64,000 nt of DNA from Octopus vulgaris. Taxonomy: Eukaryota. How positions within the stretch are numbered: position 1 is the first letter of the stretch; the number at the start of each line of letters is the position of its first letter. The DNA is taken from the NCBI GenBank assembly GCA_951406725.2, contig OX597815.1, positions 184,946,001 through 185,010,000 of the forward strand, read 5' to 3'. The notes beneath the pieces are model-generated. The model was not told the origin of the DNA. It did not search any database and saw nothing but the letters and a program-made list of their open reading frames with translations. Below are positions 25,527 to 40,747 of the stretch, in pieces. The position numbers were made by a program, and so were the translations under genes.

Positions 25527-26470
25527 GGTTTCAAACTTTGGCTCAAAGTCTATGATTTTGGGGTGTGGGGGTAAGTCGATTACATCAACCCCAGTGCTCA
25601 ACTGGTACTTATTTTATAGACCTCGGGAGAATCAAAGGCAAAGTCGACCTCGGCGGAATTTGAACTCAAAATGTAGAGAACTCAGAACGTAAAGAGAGAC
25701 GAAATACCTAATTCTTTACTACCCACGAGGAGCTATACACAGAGAGGACAAACAAGGACAGGCAAACGGATTAAGTCGATTATATCGACCTCAGTGCGTA
25801 ACTGGTACTTAATTTATCGAAAGGATGAAAGGCAAGTCGACCTCGGCGGAATTCGAACTCAGAACGTAAAGACAGACGAAATACCTATTTCTTTACTACC
25901 CACAAGGGGCTAAACATACAGGGGACAAACAAAGACAGACAAAGGGATTAAGTCGATTACATAAACCCCAGTGTGTAACTGTTACTTAATTTTCGACCCG
26001 GAAAGGAGGAAAAGCAAAGTCGACCTCGGTGGAATTTGAACTCAGAACGTAACGGCAGACGAAATACCTAATTCTTTACTACCCACGAGGAGCTATACAC
26101 AGAGAGGACAAACAAGGACAGACAAACGGATTAAGTCGATTATATCGACCCCAGTGCGTAACTGGTACTTAATTTATCGAAAGGATGAAAGGCAAAGTCA
26201 ACCTCGGCGGAATTCGAACTCAGAACGTAGCGGCAGACGAAAGACCCATTTCTTTACTACCCACAAGGGGCTAAACACAGAGAGGACAAACAAGGACAGA
26301 CAAACTGATTAAGTCGATTACATCGACCCCAGTGCGTAACTAGTACTTAATTTATCGATCCCGTAAGGATGAAAGTCGACCTCGGCGGAATTTGAACTCA
26401 GAACGTAGCGGCAGACGAAATACCGCTAAGCATTTCGCCCGGCGTGCTAACGTTTCTGCCAGCTCGCCGC
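25527..26470 (-). mobile_element. SINE family B multimer: one head plus ~5 tandem ~180-bp bodies
   Basis: GAACTCAGAACGTA recurs at ~25678, 25855, 26038, 26216 and 26394; single head at 26420-26470. Confidence 0.9.
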
Positions 26471-28349
26471 TTTGGCTTTTGAAATAATATTGATACATGA
26501 TTAAGTCTGCAATGTGTTCATCATATAGTCAGTAACTCTCCAATGATAATCTATTTCATAGATTGGCGCTGAGGACGAGAGTATGCCAGGTCGTAGAGTG
26601 TGACGAACAAAATGATACTCAACGATAAATAATATAATTATAAGATGCAAGTAGATAAAATGTGTTTCGATGGTTAAACACAACGACAAAACGATAAATA
26701 TTTATATACTGATAAAAAAAAAACAGGCGGTAACACGTTTTATTGAACTTAAGGGCAGTGCCCACTTATTGTTATGGTGATGTTATTAATCCGTAATTAG
26801 TTTCATTGGGGTAATTTGAAATATGTACTTTATGCTGCTTTCTCTCTCCTTGTTGATTATTAACAGTAGAAGTAATTATGTATGTAACATTTCAAAGTAA
26901 AAATCCATAGAGATATATGGAGATACATCATATATAAGATCTATGAGATACACCGATACAATAAAATGAAAAGAAACAACGCCTATGTCTGATCATAAAT
27001 AAAACCGTCCACGCACATTGCCACATAAGCATTAACTTATACACAAGTACGCATCTTCCTTTTAAATACAGGATTCTATTTACAGAGCATAATTCAAAGA
27101 AATCCATGAATCCTATTAATGTTGATAGAAGAGAAATTTATTTTATCATTAAACGGTATTAATCCCCTAACTACGGTTGCATTCAGTGACACACAAATAA
27201 ATTATCCATAGAAGTCTCTTACAATGCCTTTAACATACAATCCACCAATCACACAAGCACTTCTGAAAGAGCGGTCTCAGTTGCTTTTTTTTTTAATTAT
27301 TTCTCCTTTCATATTTAAATTGTTGTAATTGAAACGAATTCAATATTAGCTAAAACAGCATTGCTAATTTATTCTTTATCTGAAAGATCACAAACCGCAA
27401 AATGCTACCGGCGCATTAATAATATTTAAATAATATCAAATGATCATACCCAAACAAAGAAGGATATTAACATTTTTTTAAAACTTATGAATCATGACAA
27501 ATAAATATCAATTAGCAAGAATCACAAACTAAACAAACCATTTCTTGAATTATCGGCCTGCTTACTGTAAATTCCCCCTAGAATGCATTATGATGATATA
27601 CAGTATACAATGATAAACGCAAGCACTTAATAATATTCTAGGTACATACTATCTTTATATGTATTGCACAGTATATATGAATATGTGTATGTGTAAGGCT
27701 GTGTGTATGAGAGAGAGACTGTGTGTGTGGGGTGTCTTAGAATTTTTTAAAAAGCTTGTGTATAGACATCTAATCCACTCTTAGAATTCAAAATAACGTA
27801 ATATGACTCGGATATCCGTTAAAGTAGCTCTAACAGTCAATTTCCGACGTATTTTGAAACATTTAACAATCGACGCCAACAACACGTTTCGTCAAAAGCT
27901 AACTAGAGATGCTAAAACCTTCATGATATATCACCACATTTCCCCGAAATATTACTTCTCAATATTTTTAAAATGGTCTTATTAAGCAGTTTTAGATATC
28001 CCTGAATACGCGATAATTATTCTGGAATACCTTTCAGCATGAATCTACCTGATATAAACCTGACATGGCCCGCTTCAACAACAAACATCTACATATTCAG
28101 TTACCTATTAATTAAGTGGGGCAACGACGAGTGTTTTTAATGAAAATATTCTTAATCTGTCAAAAATGTATCTGTTTATCTTCTTCATTTGTAATTTTCA
28201 AAGTTAGTTAAAAGCACTGCAAATAGGACGCGATAAAAACAAATCTAACGCATTGATGTTATGTTAAAACTATTCGAAGTAAGCTCTAAACTACTATTAT
28301 TTCATGAGCAAATCTTGCTGTAATAAATTCTGTCCTTAGTCAAGTTATA

Positions 28350-28750
28350 GGCGCAGGAGTGGCTGTGTGGTAAGTTGCTTGCTTACGAACTACATGGTTC
28401 CGGGTTCAGTTCCACTGCGTGGCACCTTGGGCAACTGTCTTCTAATATAGCCTCGGGTCGACCAAAGCCTTGTGAGTCGATTTGGTAGACGGAAACTGAA
28501 AGAAGTCCATCATATATATATATGTATGTGTGTGTATACTTTTGTGTGTATGCGTTTGTGCCCCCAACATCGCTTGACAATCGATGCTGGTGTGTTTACG
28601 TCCTCGTAACTTAGCGGTTCGGAAAAAAAAACATAGAATAAGTACTATGCTTACAAAGAATAAGTTCTGGGGTCGATTTGCTCGACTAAAGGTGGTGCTC
28701 CAGCATGGCCGCAGTCAAATGACTGAAACAAGTAACAGGGTAAAAGAGTG
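28350..28750 (+). mobile_element. SINE family A, full length
   Basis: GGCGCAGGAGTGGCTGTGTGGTAAG head through the GACTGAAACAAG tail. Confidence 0.9.
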
Positions 28751-29161
28751 AGTTAATTCCGTTCTTCAGTATTCTAAGTCTAAAGTTTAGTTTGATAAGT
28801 AAATCAATCTTCATAGATATAAAGGTGAAATTACGTTTGCTTCTAATATATATTATATTAATCCATAGTATTCATCTAAATGATTGAAGAAGTAATGAGA
28901 TGTGAAATATTTGTTTGGTTCAACGTCAAAAGCGTCAGCATGACACGCGCTCTCAAATATCAGTCATTCAGATGTATCAAAGAAAACAACTATTCAACAG
29001 GAAAAAATAACATTTCACTCCTTGACATTAAAACAAAAGGTCCATTGTAAGCTCTTACGGAAAGGTCTAAAATGCGACTTTTACATCAGTAAATTTCTTA
29101 AATCCTATTGACATTTACATAAAAATTTTTGATATAATATTGTTTTGAACATCTATTTGCT

Positions 29162-29194
<33 letters not shown>

Positions 29195-30673
29195 ATGTGT
29201 TTGCGTCTGTGTGTTTGTGTGCGTGTTATATATATATATATATATGGATAACACACACATACACACACACTGTGCTGAAAACTATCTTGAACACTTGATG
29301 TAATTATAAGTTTTCTCTTCTGGTTTGCTGAAAATTCTGACACCAAAACCTTGCATGAGTGAATCTTTCAGAAGTAAAAACAAACAACAATAAAACAAAA
29401 TGTCTTCTATTACTGTCGCTTCGCAAATATTTCAAAGAAAGACGCTGAGTTTGTTTTCGAGATAAGTATAAATATAACAGGATGTGTTCATATTGATTAA
29501 CCTCAAAGTCGAAATTTGATAAATTGGTAATCTTCTCAATAACAATGTCTCCTCATATATCGCCTAAGGGTCATTAATATATTTATTAATCGGTGGCAGA
29601 TGATTACTGTACTAAGGCTTAGAATATTTTAATTACTGTTTTAATTATTCCTCTCTTAAGATAACCAGTATCATTAAAGACATTTATCCTGCTTGATTGA
29701 TATATATCATACTGTGCATATTCACTTTGTCTACCTTAAACAAAAACGGATTTGATTTTAAGGTTAGCCTGTAATGTTGATCCAGAATATGTGCATTAAT
29801 TATATCACTTCCACCTCAAAAGAATGAAATAACATTACTAGTATATTGAAATTACTCGCATCTCGAAGTTCTTGAATGCAAGCTAAAATGAATTTTTGCC
29901 TGTAGCCTATCATTTTTGTCTGGTTACACTCTACATTTTAAATTAGGTTTTATTTTCTCTTACAAAACATTTCCAAAGCTTACAAATTCGTTTTCCGCGT
30001 TTGTAATTTGGCAACACCGATTTCTCTCTAGTAAACTGAATAAAATTGTCTTCTTCTATATTCTTTTATTTGCTGTTGCTACCGCTCACCAAATTCTGAC
30101 AATCAAGTGCAGGATTCTTTTACCTTCAGAAAATGTACCGTCTCAGAACAGCTGATGTCTCCCCATTCCCTACAAAGCATAATTTTACACTAAACAGAAA
30201 TTCTTGCATAAATGAGGCGGCAACACTTCTACAGAAAAAATTTAGAGATCATATTAAAGAAGATTGACCTAAAAAATCTCTCATTCATAAAAATGCGGTA
30301 ACTAGTTCACCGAGGAATTGCAATCTCACTTTAATTACTACAACATTTCCTTCGTTGGTGAATAAGCAAGCAGAGTTTGTTTTCAACTAAATCACGCCAG
30401 TTCATATTACCTTCTTTCTAACAACATGATGCCCCAATCAAAATTTCTACTGAATAATTCATCTAATATGTCTTCCTTAAAAAAGAAAAAAAAATACATA
30501 AGAACACACAGCCTTCCCATGTCTTCCCTTCATTCAGTAGCAAGAAAAAGAGCAGCTTAAACTATATCGATCTTCTCACCTTGAGAAATCCTTCGACTGT
30601 TATGAACTCTGCCAATCTGTATTCTACTAAATATTAACATTCTCCAACGCATGTCGTACAGGGTTGATATATA

Positions 30674-30710
<37 letters not shown>

Positions 30711-32339
30711 AATATTTGGGAATTATAATATTGCCTGGCTAAAATTGAAGAAGTGAAATTTTATACTAAAACATCAATATTTTAATACTTATACTTAGTA
30801 GATATTAGTTCGAAACTGACGTTCTTAGCATTGTCAATCATTTTCCACTTACGACCCCATACTTCACACTTCTGAACTCAAGTTCATTGAAAAAGGAAAC
30901 GACAAGTGATATGATCAATTACACATTTTATTGATTGGGTGTTATAGTTAAGAAACATGATTGGTTTGACTGACGACACACTCCTATCCTTAACAGACAT
31001 ACAACGCTGTGTTTAATATAGTTAAGTAATCTATCATAAACTATAAAGAAACCTTTTAATACTGAACAAAGTAACTAACAATCTAGCATGATTGTTTGTG
31101 TAATGTGAAAGAATGAAATAAGCGTAATTTTTATGGAAGGTTTGTTGACAATTGAATTTATATTATTACATTACTTAGAAAGATAGAAAATAAAGTAGAC
31201 TCTCTTTGTATATTATGTTAGAATCCAATGAAAATAATATAATATAAGGAGATTGGAATACACTGTATCTAAAATATATTTAACTCAAGCAGCTTTGAAT
31301 TTTGAAAACGGTAAATATTGAGCAGGAATTGATTATAATATCCTCAATCAAGATTGATAATAAAATAATTTTAGAAATGATCAAAATCATTCTAAGGTTG
31401 AAGATTAAGTGTCATTATTATTATCATATCATCATAGTAAAATATCAAACAGAATGTCGTGTCCAGATCAAAGAAAGATGGGAAACCATTGATAACATTT
31501 ACGAATAAGGGTTATAACATTTGAACCTCTAATGATCGCGGGAATTACATTATGTTTCGTGAAACTAAATTCACTATTGAACATATACATGATAAACAAG
31601 TCTGAAACCGTTCAACCGATAACCAGGAGGTTATTAAAGCTAGTTTCGAAATTCAAACAAAAACATGTTTCTACGATGATTGTTTATTAGAGAGTAGTAG
31701 CAACGCCCCGCTGTTTTTAAAAGTTGTTTGTGCAACAAAGTCTTTGGCACCTGTACAACTTCCAAATATATTAACGAAATAAATTATTAAAAAATAGAAC
31801 TGAAATGTTTATATCAAGAACGAAAACGGTAAGATTAAGGCCACAAGAATTTTATAAATCAAATTTTATATCGAAATACTTTAAATATATGAATAATATT
31901 CCATTACTCTTCGCATAAATTCAATGATTCGGAAATCTGTTCCTGTCAAATCGTGCACCACTGCTAAAATTGAGAAGCAGATATCTGATAATTTGATTGC
32001 TGTTATAAAATGTACTACTTACAACGCTAATAAATATTCTTTAGACAATGGAGAATCTATTGTTTGAATTCCTTTGCTTTCTTTGTTTTCAAATTTCAAA
32101 AGATCATACATAAATATCTCTCTGCTCTTTGGTCTCTTGAACTGAACAAAGATAGTTATACATCTGCATTGGCGTTTACCAATTTTCATTCACGATGCGG
32201 GACTGTAGTATAACTAAGAGAAATATCGTTACGTATCCTACATGTAAAATCTTCAATATGTTGTAGTATTCCAAAATGTTCCTATGGACTGGAATATTTT
32301 ACAATGAGAATAGAAGAAAACTTGAAAAATAAATTAGTA

Positions 32340-33085
32340 AGTAGCCCACCCGATACCTCAAATCATAATGGTAAACACGAGAAAAGCTTTAAGATGATAA
32401 AAGAAGTACCAGCAAAGGCAAATCAATGCATTAATGATTTCTGATGGGTGAATTCACTTTCCTCAACATCAGGTGGCCCGAGGGCGACATAATTTCCCGA
32501 GTGACTCTTAAAGAGTTTGATCAAGCAGAATCTTTGTTTGATTTCAGGAAAATAATTTTCATAGAGCAAATCCTGCTTTCTCCAACCAGAAATAATAACA
32601 TCTTAGACGTCTGTTTCACCAACAATATAGAACTTATCCAGAATGTAAAGGTGTTACTGACAATTCTCTCAGACCACGACATATTAGAACTGACAACGGC
32701 CCAAAGCTAATTAAAGATGTATTCCACACACTCCCTATCCTGACTGAACTCCTACAAGGTTGGCTGAAAGTGAATTGAAAAAGAGACTCAAAAGAAAATT
32801 GGCTTAATAGTCTTTCTGTACAGGATGCTGATATGAAATTCAAAGAATTCATGTGAATAAGCTAGCCATATGCATTAAATAAGTCCCAGAGAGGTGAGCC
32901 AATATATGAAAAAGCAGTGTTTCTCGATACAGGAGAGTCATCACGAAACGGAAAGCTAATATTTCAAATCCTTTAGATAAACAACTTAATTACAGAGAGA
33001 TGTATATCTCAAAGGAACTCTCTTGGAGATCGAAAATAAACTCAGACTCTCTCAAGAAAAAGAAAGAGAAATAGGGCGGTGGGAC
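32340..33085 (+). pseudogene. CR1/Jockey-like LINE AP-endonuclease fragment
   Basis: MGEFTFLNIRW (GDFN-like), PTRNNNILDVCFTN, LSDHDIL motifs. Confidence 0.75.
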
Positions 33086-33107
33086 ATATATAAAAATGAA
33101 TCCCGAA

Positions 33108-33670
33108 GACAAACAAGGGCAGACAAAGGGATTAAGTCGATTGGATCGACCCCAGTGCGTAACTGGTACTTATTTAATCGACACCGAAAGGATGAAAGGC
33201 AAAGTCGACCTCGGCGGAATTTGAACTCAGAAGGTAGTGGCAGAAGAAATACCTATTTCTTTACTACCCACAAGGGGCTAAACACAGAGAGGACAAACAA
33301 GGACAGACAAACGGATTAAGTCGATTACATCGACCCCAGTGCGTAACTGGTACTTATTTAATCGACCCCGAAAGGATGAAAGGCAAAGTCGACCTCGGCG
33401 GAATTTGAACTCAGGAGGTAGCGGCAGACGAAATACCTATTTCTTTACTACCCACAAGGGGCTAAACACAGAGAGGACGAACAAGGACAGACAAACGGAT
33501 TAAGTCGATTACATCGACCCCAGTGCGTAACTGGTACTTAATTTATCGACCCCGAAAGGATTAAAGGCAAAGTCGACCTCGGCGGAATTTGAACTCAGAA
33601 CGTAACGGCAGAAGAAATACGGCTACGCATTTCGCCCAGCGTGTTAACGTTTCTGCCAGCTCGCCGCCTT
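33108..33670 (-). mobile_element. SINE family B trimer
   Basis: Three ~185-bp units with one head at 33620-33670. Confidence 0.9.
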
Positions 33671-34167
33671 TGAAACCATTAAAAGTTAAGCCAAAACAGA
33701 TACAGCAGCGGACAAATTAACATATTTTCTTTCATATTACACATATTTTCTTTCATATTAACAAATAACTGATCGATAGACATAATGCAAATTATGGTGA
33801 ACGCCTATGTAGAAGAGGTTATTTTTTGCAACATAGATATTGTAATACACTTAATGAAGCAAAATAAGAATAATATACAATTCTATATTTTTATTTTTAT
33901 TTTGATAAACAATCGTCTACGAATTAATATAACTGGACAGGAAAAAAGTTGTAGGTTTTACTAATGTATATTAGACGAAATCAGTTTTGTTCAAAATAAA
34001 GAATAATGTTATTATTTTCATATAATCTACAACTATATGATACGAAAAATATAGAGACTACTTCTTGTCTGTTACTAAGTTACTAAGCTGTAAAATTCTT
34101 TCTATTCATTTCTAAGAAAAGCAACGATTAAGGAATAACGTCGAGAATAAAGCAAAGATGTCATCTA

Positions 34168-34557
34168 CTAGCAGTATCGCCCGGCGTTGCTCGGACTTGT
34201 ATCGACCCTTTAGAATTGGAATTTTTGAAAAGTAAAAGTTTTGCATTATGTAGCTTGTTATTCTCTTTAAGTGAACATTTTTCTGGTTGAAATACACAGA
34301 AAGATGGCGACACAGCAGTAAAAATATCGTAAAAAATAGGGATTTTCATAGAAAAAAAGCACCTTTTTGATGTAAATAAATTTTGGTGTTAACATGGTCC
34401 GATTTGAATTGTTTCTTCTACGGAAGGAGGAGCAAGCCTTCTTCTATCATACTGTCAATTTTGGTCAACTTGCACCGCAGGGTCTCGGTGGAGATAGTGT
34501 TAGTTGAAGGCTACCAAACCTGCCATACACAGGCAACTTCAGCTTTATACAGAGAGA
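34168..34557 (-). mobile_element. Non-autonomous Helitron
   Basis: Minus strand starts TC, ends CTAG, inserted between A and T; subterminal GC hairpin CCGAGCAACGCCGGG ~11 nt from the 3' end. Confidence 0.7.
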
Positions 34558-34934
34558 TAATTATACATCCCTATATCAAATTACTTCATCAAAATTTGCA
34601 ACACGGTTTCAGTTTTATTGTGTACTATTTCACAATGAGACAACCCTTTGAACGTAGAAACAAACCCTTTTAACAATGTCTGTCGTTCTAATTTCACACA
34701 CAGCAACCATACGGCGTGTAATTAGGGAAACTAGTAATCGCAATAATAATTGATTCTAACTGAGGCAAAACCCTGCAAACTGTGAGAAAGGGCTTTCTCA
34801 CTTATATATCGACCTCAATCTTAACAAAGACAACCACGCTAGGATTTGAACTTGGCGTGCTAGGAATCTGAACAAATACCGCAAACTATTTTGTCGAACT
34901 CTATTACAATTCCGCATTATACAGCTCTTAATGT

Positions 34935-35131
34935 GGAGGTGCAATGACCCAGTGGTTAGGGCAGCGGACTCGCGGTCACAGGATCACGGTTTCGATTCCC
35001 AGACCAGGCGTTGTGAGTGTTTATTGAGCGAAAACACTTAAAAGCACCATGAGACTACGGTAGGGGGTGGTGGTGAATTCTACTGTATTCGTTCGTCACA
35101 CAACTTTCTCTCACTCTTTCTTCCTGTTTCT
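34935..35131 (+). mobile_element. tRNA-derived SINE family C, partial
   Basis: TGACCCAGTGG A box, GGTTTCGATTCCC B box; similar to the 57317 copy. Confidence 0.8.
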
Positions 35132-35228
35132 GATATTTTTAGTCTTAATTAATTTTTTTCTAAAAAGGTGTGCAAGTTTACAGCCAGGGCTAGCACGAAG
35201 TCTATGACACTCTGGTATTTTTTTGTTG

Positions 35229-36420
35229 TCATACCAAGAGTTGGTCATACCAAATGTTGGCCTTATTTATCTTATTACTGGTCCTTTCCGTGATGTTCCA
35301 GAATTTACTCCTATACAGCATCTCACTATATACTGGCTTTGTATTTAGTCCTGGCCCCTTTGTATATTCTAATCTAGAGAACTGCATGCGGTGGATGAAG
35401 TGTTGCATGTGCCTTTCCAATTCCATAGGGTCGCACATGAGAGACACATTCCTCATTAATATTACCAAATCGTCTATCAGAATTTTGAACTTGGCGTTGT
35501 CTGCAGTCGCTGCGTTCTTGTGAACAAAGTGCTTAGAGGCCATGAGTTTGGTAGAATGAGAGTGACGGATCTGGACGTTACCGTTCTTCCTTTCTAGTCG
35601 GAGCTCAGTGTCTAAAACGGGCAATCTGCAGTTAGGGTGCTTACTAGGGTAGTCTATCGTTATTTTATACCCTGGTGGATGAAGTTAGCTATTTGCAGGA
35701 TGCTCTCCATAGTGTTAGTTTCTAGATCAGCAACATTATCTGGTAGGGATGCTCTGGCTACTATGTTGATATTATCCACGTAGCGGGAGTACATGATTAT
35801 ATTTACGAAGTTCTCTGCTAATCTCTCTTTAAGTATCTTATCCCACCGTACCAAAAATAGGTTAGCCACATCGCCAGAAATACTGACACCGATGGCTGCA
35901 CCTTCCTCTTAGGTGTAAATTCTTGTTATTAAACTTAAATATATGGCCCTTGAATGTGGTCTTCGTTTCGCACCCACCGCATGTTCCACCATCTTTTTAA
36001 CCCGATTATTATTTTCGAGGGTCCGAATAGCTCTGGTCAACCCGTCAAATCTCTCTTTAGGGCTCTTCTTCGCCATAGAAGTTATAGTGGTGGTGTCTAT
36101 CTCTTATTGATCTAGTTGGGCTGAAGCAATTAAGGTCATGTTTATCTTAGTAATAATTGTCGCATGTCAGTCTCAGGAGGAGACCTCGTGCTTCAGTGTC
36201 AACACCACAGAACTTCACATCACTTTTGCTGATCCCTTCCACACATTTATCCACAGCAAAATCAACATCAATTGATGGGTATAGAGACACTACATCCATA
36301 CTGCCTATTATGCATCTCATCAGGCATGGTTACACTTATTGATTCTGCTGGGGAGGTCCTCTGTGCTGTCACACACATCTGGGGACATTTTTATCAGAGG
36401 GCGTATGATCATACGCCCCC
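35229..36420 (-). pseudogene. Penelope-like element reverse transcriptase, degraded
   Basis: IGSMDVVSLYPSI, GAAIGVSISGDVANLF, YSRYVDNI (YVDD-like), PVLDTEL, and a post-RT HS.TK segment. Confidence 0.8.
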
Positions 36421-38078
36421 TGATAAAAGTGTCCCCAGATGAGAGGCGATTATATTGGCGACAATAGGTAATTATAAAACACATAGTAATGAGACAGGGT
36501 TTAAGATTTTAGCAGCAACAATCATATCAAGCAAAACCCACCACCAAAATGTCTTGGCGTTTTGGTGGTGGATTCTGTTGTCTTGGTTTTCCTGTTGTTT
36601 ATATTGCTGCAGTTTCCGAGATGCTGTTCATGTAGCAGTTGCCGGTGCCATTGCGGTTGTTGATGCTAGAATCTTTAACTCTGCGCTCAGCAGATTTATG
36701 AGCCCGACATTATTGATCATATTTTCTTTGTTTGGTGTTTTCCTGAGCAGCGACACCAGTTCTTGGCTTACAGAATCAGTGAATTATCTTTTCCTCTGCG
36801 GTTGCAATGATAAGGGCGAACAGTCTGGCTTATTGTAAAGTATATAAAAAAATGGAAATTAGGCTATTTCCTCGCCGGACAACTACTTACTTCATTAGTT
36901 TTGCTCTTGCTGCCCTGCAAAAGATCACCCCATATTCGATTGTTGCAATCACCCGTTTCAAGTACTGTCTAAATAACTGACTAATCTGGCTACTGTATAT
37001 TTTGAGCATTGGTTACGATATTTTCATCGTATTATGGCTACGTCACCATTTACGGATTATACCCACATAGTCAATGCAAGCATATAACTACTTGTGTAGT
37101 CGACAGACACGAAATTTTAGACGTCTACTCATCCCTGATTATGGATTTTACTTGTATGGGGCAAGCCTATCTGATACGGTTGTATGCCAACCTAGTACAT
37201 AAACGAAATTCCGGCGGCTAGACAACTAGATTTCTTTAAACTTAAAGAAATCATGCCGCTCAGCTCTGCTGCCATTATAGAGGTTGAAGAGTCTTAGGAT
37301 TCCGCATTCCCTGATCCAGTTCCTATTAATCGTCCAGTGCCATCAACGTATCGTATACACTTCGAAATGAGGCGCATCACGAAGAGAAAAAGCAGCCGAC
37401 CAATCATCCAGACAAATAAATGCTTACACCAATTAGTTGTCCAAATACGAAGTGCAGAATCTTCGTCAAGGACGTCTAATGTGATATTGTTGAGTTAATA
37501 ATCTGGCTTCCACACTGATCACGAACCACATGGATACATGCATCCTGCTTTAACTGTATTCGTACAGAGCGCACAAAAGTAATCATGCCCAATCGCTTCA
37601 TTTCTTGCCACGTGAGAAGAGCTCTTTGAAAAGTCCCTCTAAAACGTGTGTGTATGCATATTAGCATTTTATGTATACTCAGGCAGACACATATACATAT
37701 TTACACACACCTGTATTAATGCACGATTACCAAAACCATCACAGCATTCGATAGACTGCTTTCTTCTCATACGTTTCTGCACTCTGCGCTCTGAATTTAA
37801 AATCCGTCGCGATAAACTTTGCCTTGCATATTTTCGAGCCCTATAAATAAAGAAAAAAATGTTATATACTGAGTCGATTTTTTCCTCTCTGTTTCTCATG
37901 CACGTACTTTGCCTTTAGTCACAAACTGATCTGCACATACACACTCACAATTTCCCTCTGGAGGAAACCAACTGCGGTGAAAACTTAGATGTGAACGGTA
38001 TCTGTAATACTTAAATGCACACAACACGCTGTTATATCATGACAGCACTCCTATTACGCCATTAGTTATAATGTCCTC

Positions 38079-38735
38079 ACATACATACATGCATACATAC
38101 ATAAATACATACATACATACATACATACATACATACATACATACATACATACATACATACATACATGCATACATATAGATACAGATATAGATATACACGT
38201 ATTTGAATCCTTATTGAGCTTGCAACAGTTGCTTGCATATACATATTGGAAAGATTTACGTACACACACACACATACACACTCATATATATTATATATTA
38301 TATATTATATATTATATATGTATATATATTACATATTATATATATATATGTATATATTAAATATATATATATGTATATATATTATATATATATATGTATA
38401 TATGTTATATATATATATGTATATAAATAATATATATATGTAAAAGATACCGAATTAGGTTCTATATAGAGACATTATATATATATATATATTATATATA
38501 TATGTGTGTATATATATATTATATTATATTATATATATGTGTGTATATATATATTATATTATATATATATATATGTATATGTATATATATTATATATTAT
38601 ATATATGTATATACATTATATATATATATGTGTATATATATTATATATCTATGTATATATATATTATATTATATCATATTATATTATATTATACTATATA
38701 TTTTATGTATCTATCTATCTATATATATATTTAAG
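38079..38735. repeat. (CATA)n and degenerate (TA)n low-complexity tract
   Basis: Direct inspection. Confidence 0.9.
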
Positions 38736-40747
38736 TATATGCATATGTGCATGTGGGCGCACATATCAGTCTGTGTGTGTGTTTATGTAAAATGTCATGA
38801 ACACTTGTCATGAGTGCCTTTTCCAATACATTTTTTTAAAAAAAATACATGCGATCCTATATCTTGCTGCAAAATCTTTATTTCTTGTTTATCTAATTTG
38901 CTTGACAGTCATGTATGAAAGAAATATATTCCTCACTATAAAAATTAACGAAAAAGTAGAATAACAGCAGCTTTGATATTGTGAAAACTAGACAAAACTT
39001 TATTATATTTTCTGATGAAAGGAAAACGTGCATCTGAATCATGAAATCTCCTGGAGTCATTATTCCTAGATCACGTCTTAACTTAGACAGGAAGACAACG
39101 TTTTGCTTTTGTAGTGTTCGTGAAATCAAACTTAAACATGAAACGAAAGAAAAATGTAGAAAACAGAAAAAAGACTGATTCTTCGAAAAAATGTAATTTA
39201 TTTCTCTATTCTGTAACGAAATATAGTTGATGATATGTATCACGCTGCAAATATAATTATTGATGTCAATGGGCGTCTGTATGCATCTAACGGTCTTGAA
39301 TTCTTTATATTTCGAAAAACAATGGATTTATTATTATTATTACTATTATTATTATTATTGATAGTTTTTTTTCATATGAATTACATTTAGTAAAACGTGC
39401 ATTGGATTCCCTTTATCAATAATATTAGGTTCAGTATGATATTTAGAATTATGTTACAGAATAAAACGGTGAAAAAGGGTTCGAGAAAATATTTGTTAAT
39501 AAGCCTAGATTGAGCGAAAGGATAAAGGTCCCTTCGATGGATATATTCTCGTTTTTCTTTTTCGAAATATTAAATCCATGTTGCTGGTACCGTTCAGTAT
39601 TTCACCGTGGGGGAAATCCCTGGCTCTTTCCAAATTTAGTTCTAAAAGAGAGAGAGGGATCCTGTTTCCTGAATCTAACGCATAAAGCACGTGGAAGTGT
39701 GTACCATATTTGTGTGGCTTTACTTTACACCATCTTTATGTTTATTTGCTCAGGGCATTACTATACATCAATGCCTCATGCTAGGAGGGACTCTTAAAGT
39801 CAAAACTACCATAATAAACATATTGTACCGAACGCGAGGGACTGCAACTCTCGAAGCGAGCCTTTTAAAAATAGATTCAGCTGCAAATCCTATGATTTCA
39901 TGATTTTTTCCCTTATGAGGTTTTTCACGCTAACTACTTGAAAAATTCTTATAAAGATTTTATCCTATTTATGAATTGTAAATTTAACCGGAATATATTC
40001 AGTGCTGAATTTTATTCTGAATAAACACGTGTACCGAGATGCAATTCGAAAAGCCCGCCTCTTACATAGACATATAATGGTGAACAATTCTATGTACTAT
40101 GCTGGATACATGTGGTGTTCATCTGGTATGTTTATTTTTTTGTTCATTTGTATGTCTTGATTATGCTTGCACTGACGATTAAAAAGTGCATTTTGTGCAC
40201 TACTAATTATGAGTTCTCTGATGGCTGACCAAGCCTGCGCGACTCAAGCATTTCCTCACAGAAATCACGCACATAAAAAGCAACACTCCTTCATTTTCCA
40301 CAATATATGTATATGTGTATACATGATTCTATCTGTATAGGTGTGTGTATTGTATGTATATATATATATAGATGTTTGAATTTGCCAACATGTAAATAAG
40401 TTACCCAATACATGATAATGCGTAAAGAAATATTGTAAAACTAAAAGTATTCAGTTACTAGTCACAATTTCTATTTTATCACAGTTCACAAGCGTAATTG
40501 ACGAGACAATGAATATAAATTAAATTATATTTTGAAGAGAAGTTTTAACCATTGTGGAAGACACGAAGGCTGTTATTTCCAGTTTGTTTATATTTCTACC
40601 AAATATGAAGTGGGAAAATGTTGACGCACATAAATGACCGACTCACAAATATAGTTACTCGACGTCTGCTGAAGATCAATTGCTGGCTAAAGTTTTCAGC
40701 TGTCCGTTGTTTGTTTCTTGTTTTTTTAGCTTTTGTTTAAGAATGTT

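Noticed and set aside
39691-39903. Unique-looking ORF or exon after TTTGCTCAG
   Set aside because: No recognisable protein motif and no supporting neighbouring exons.
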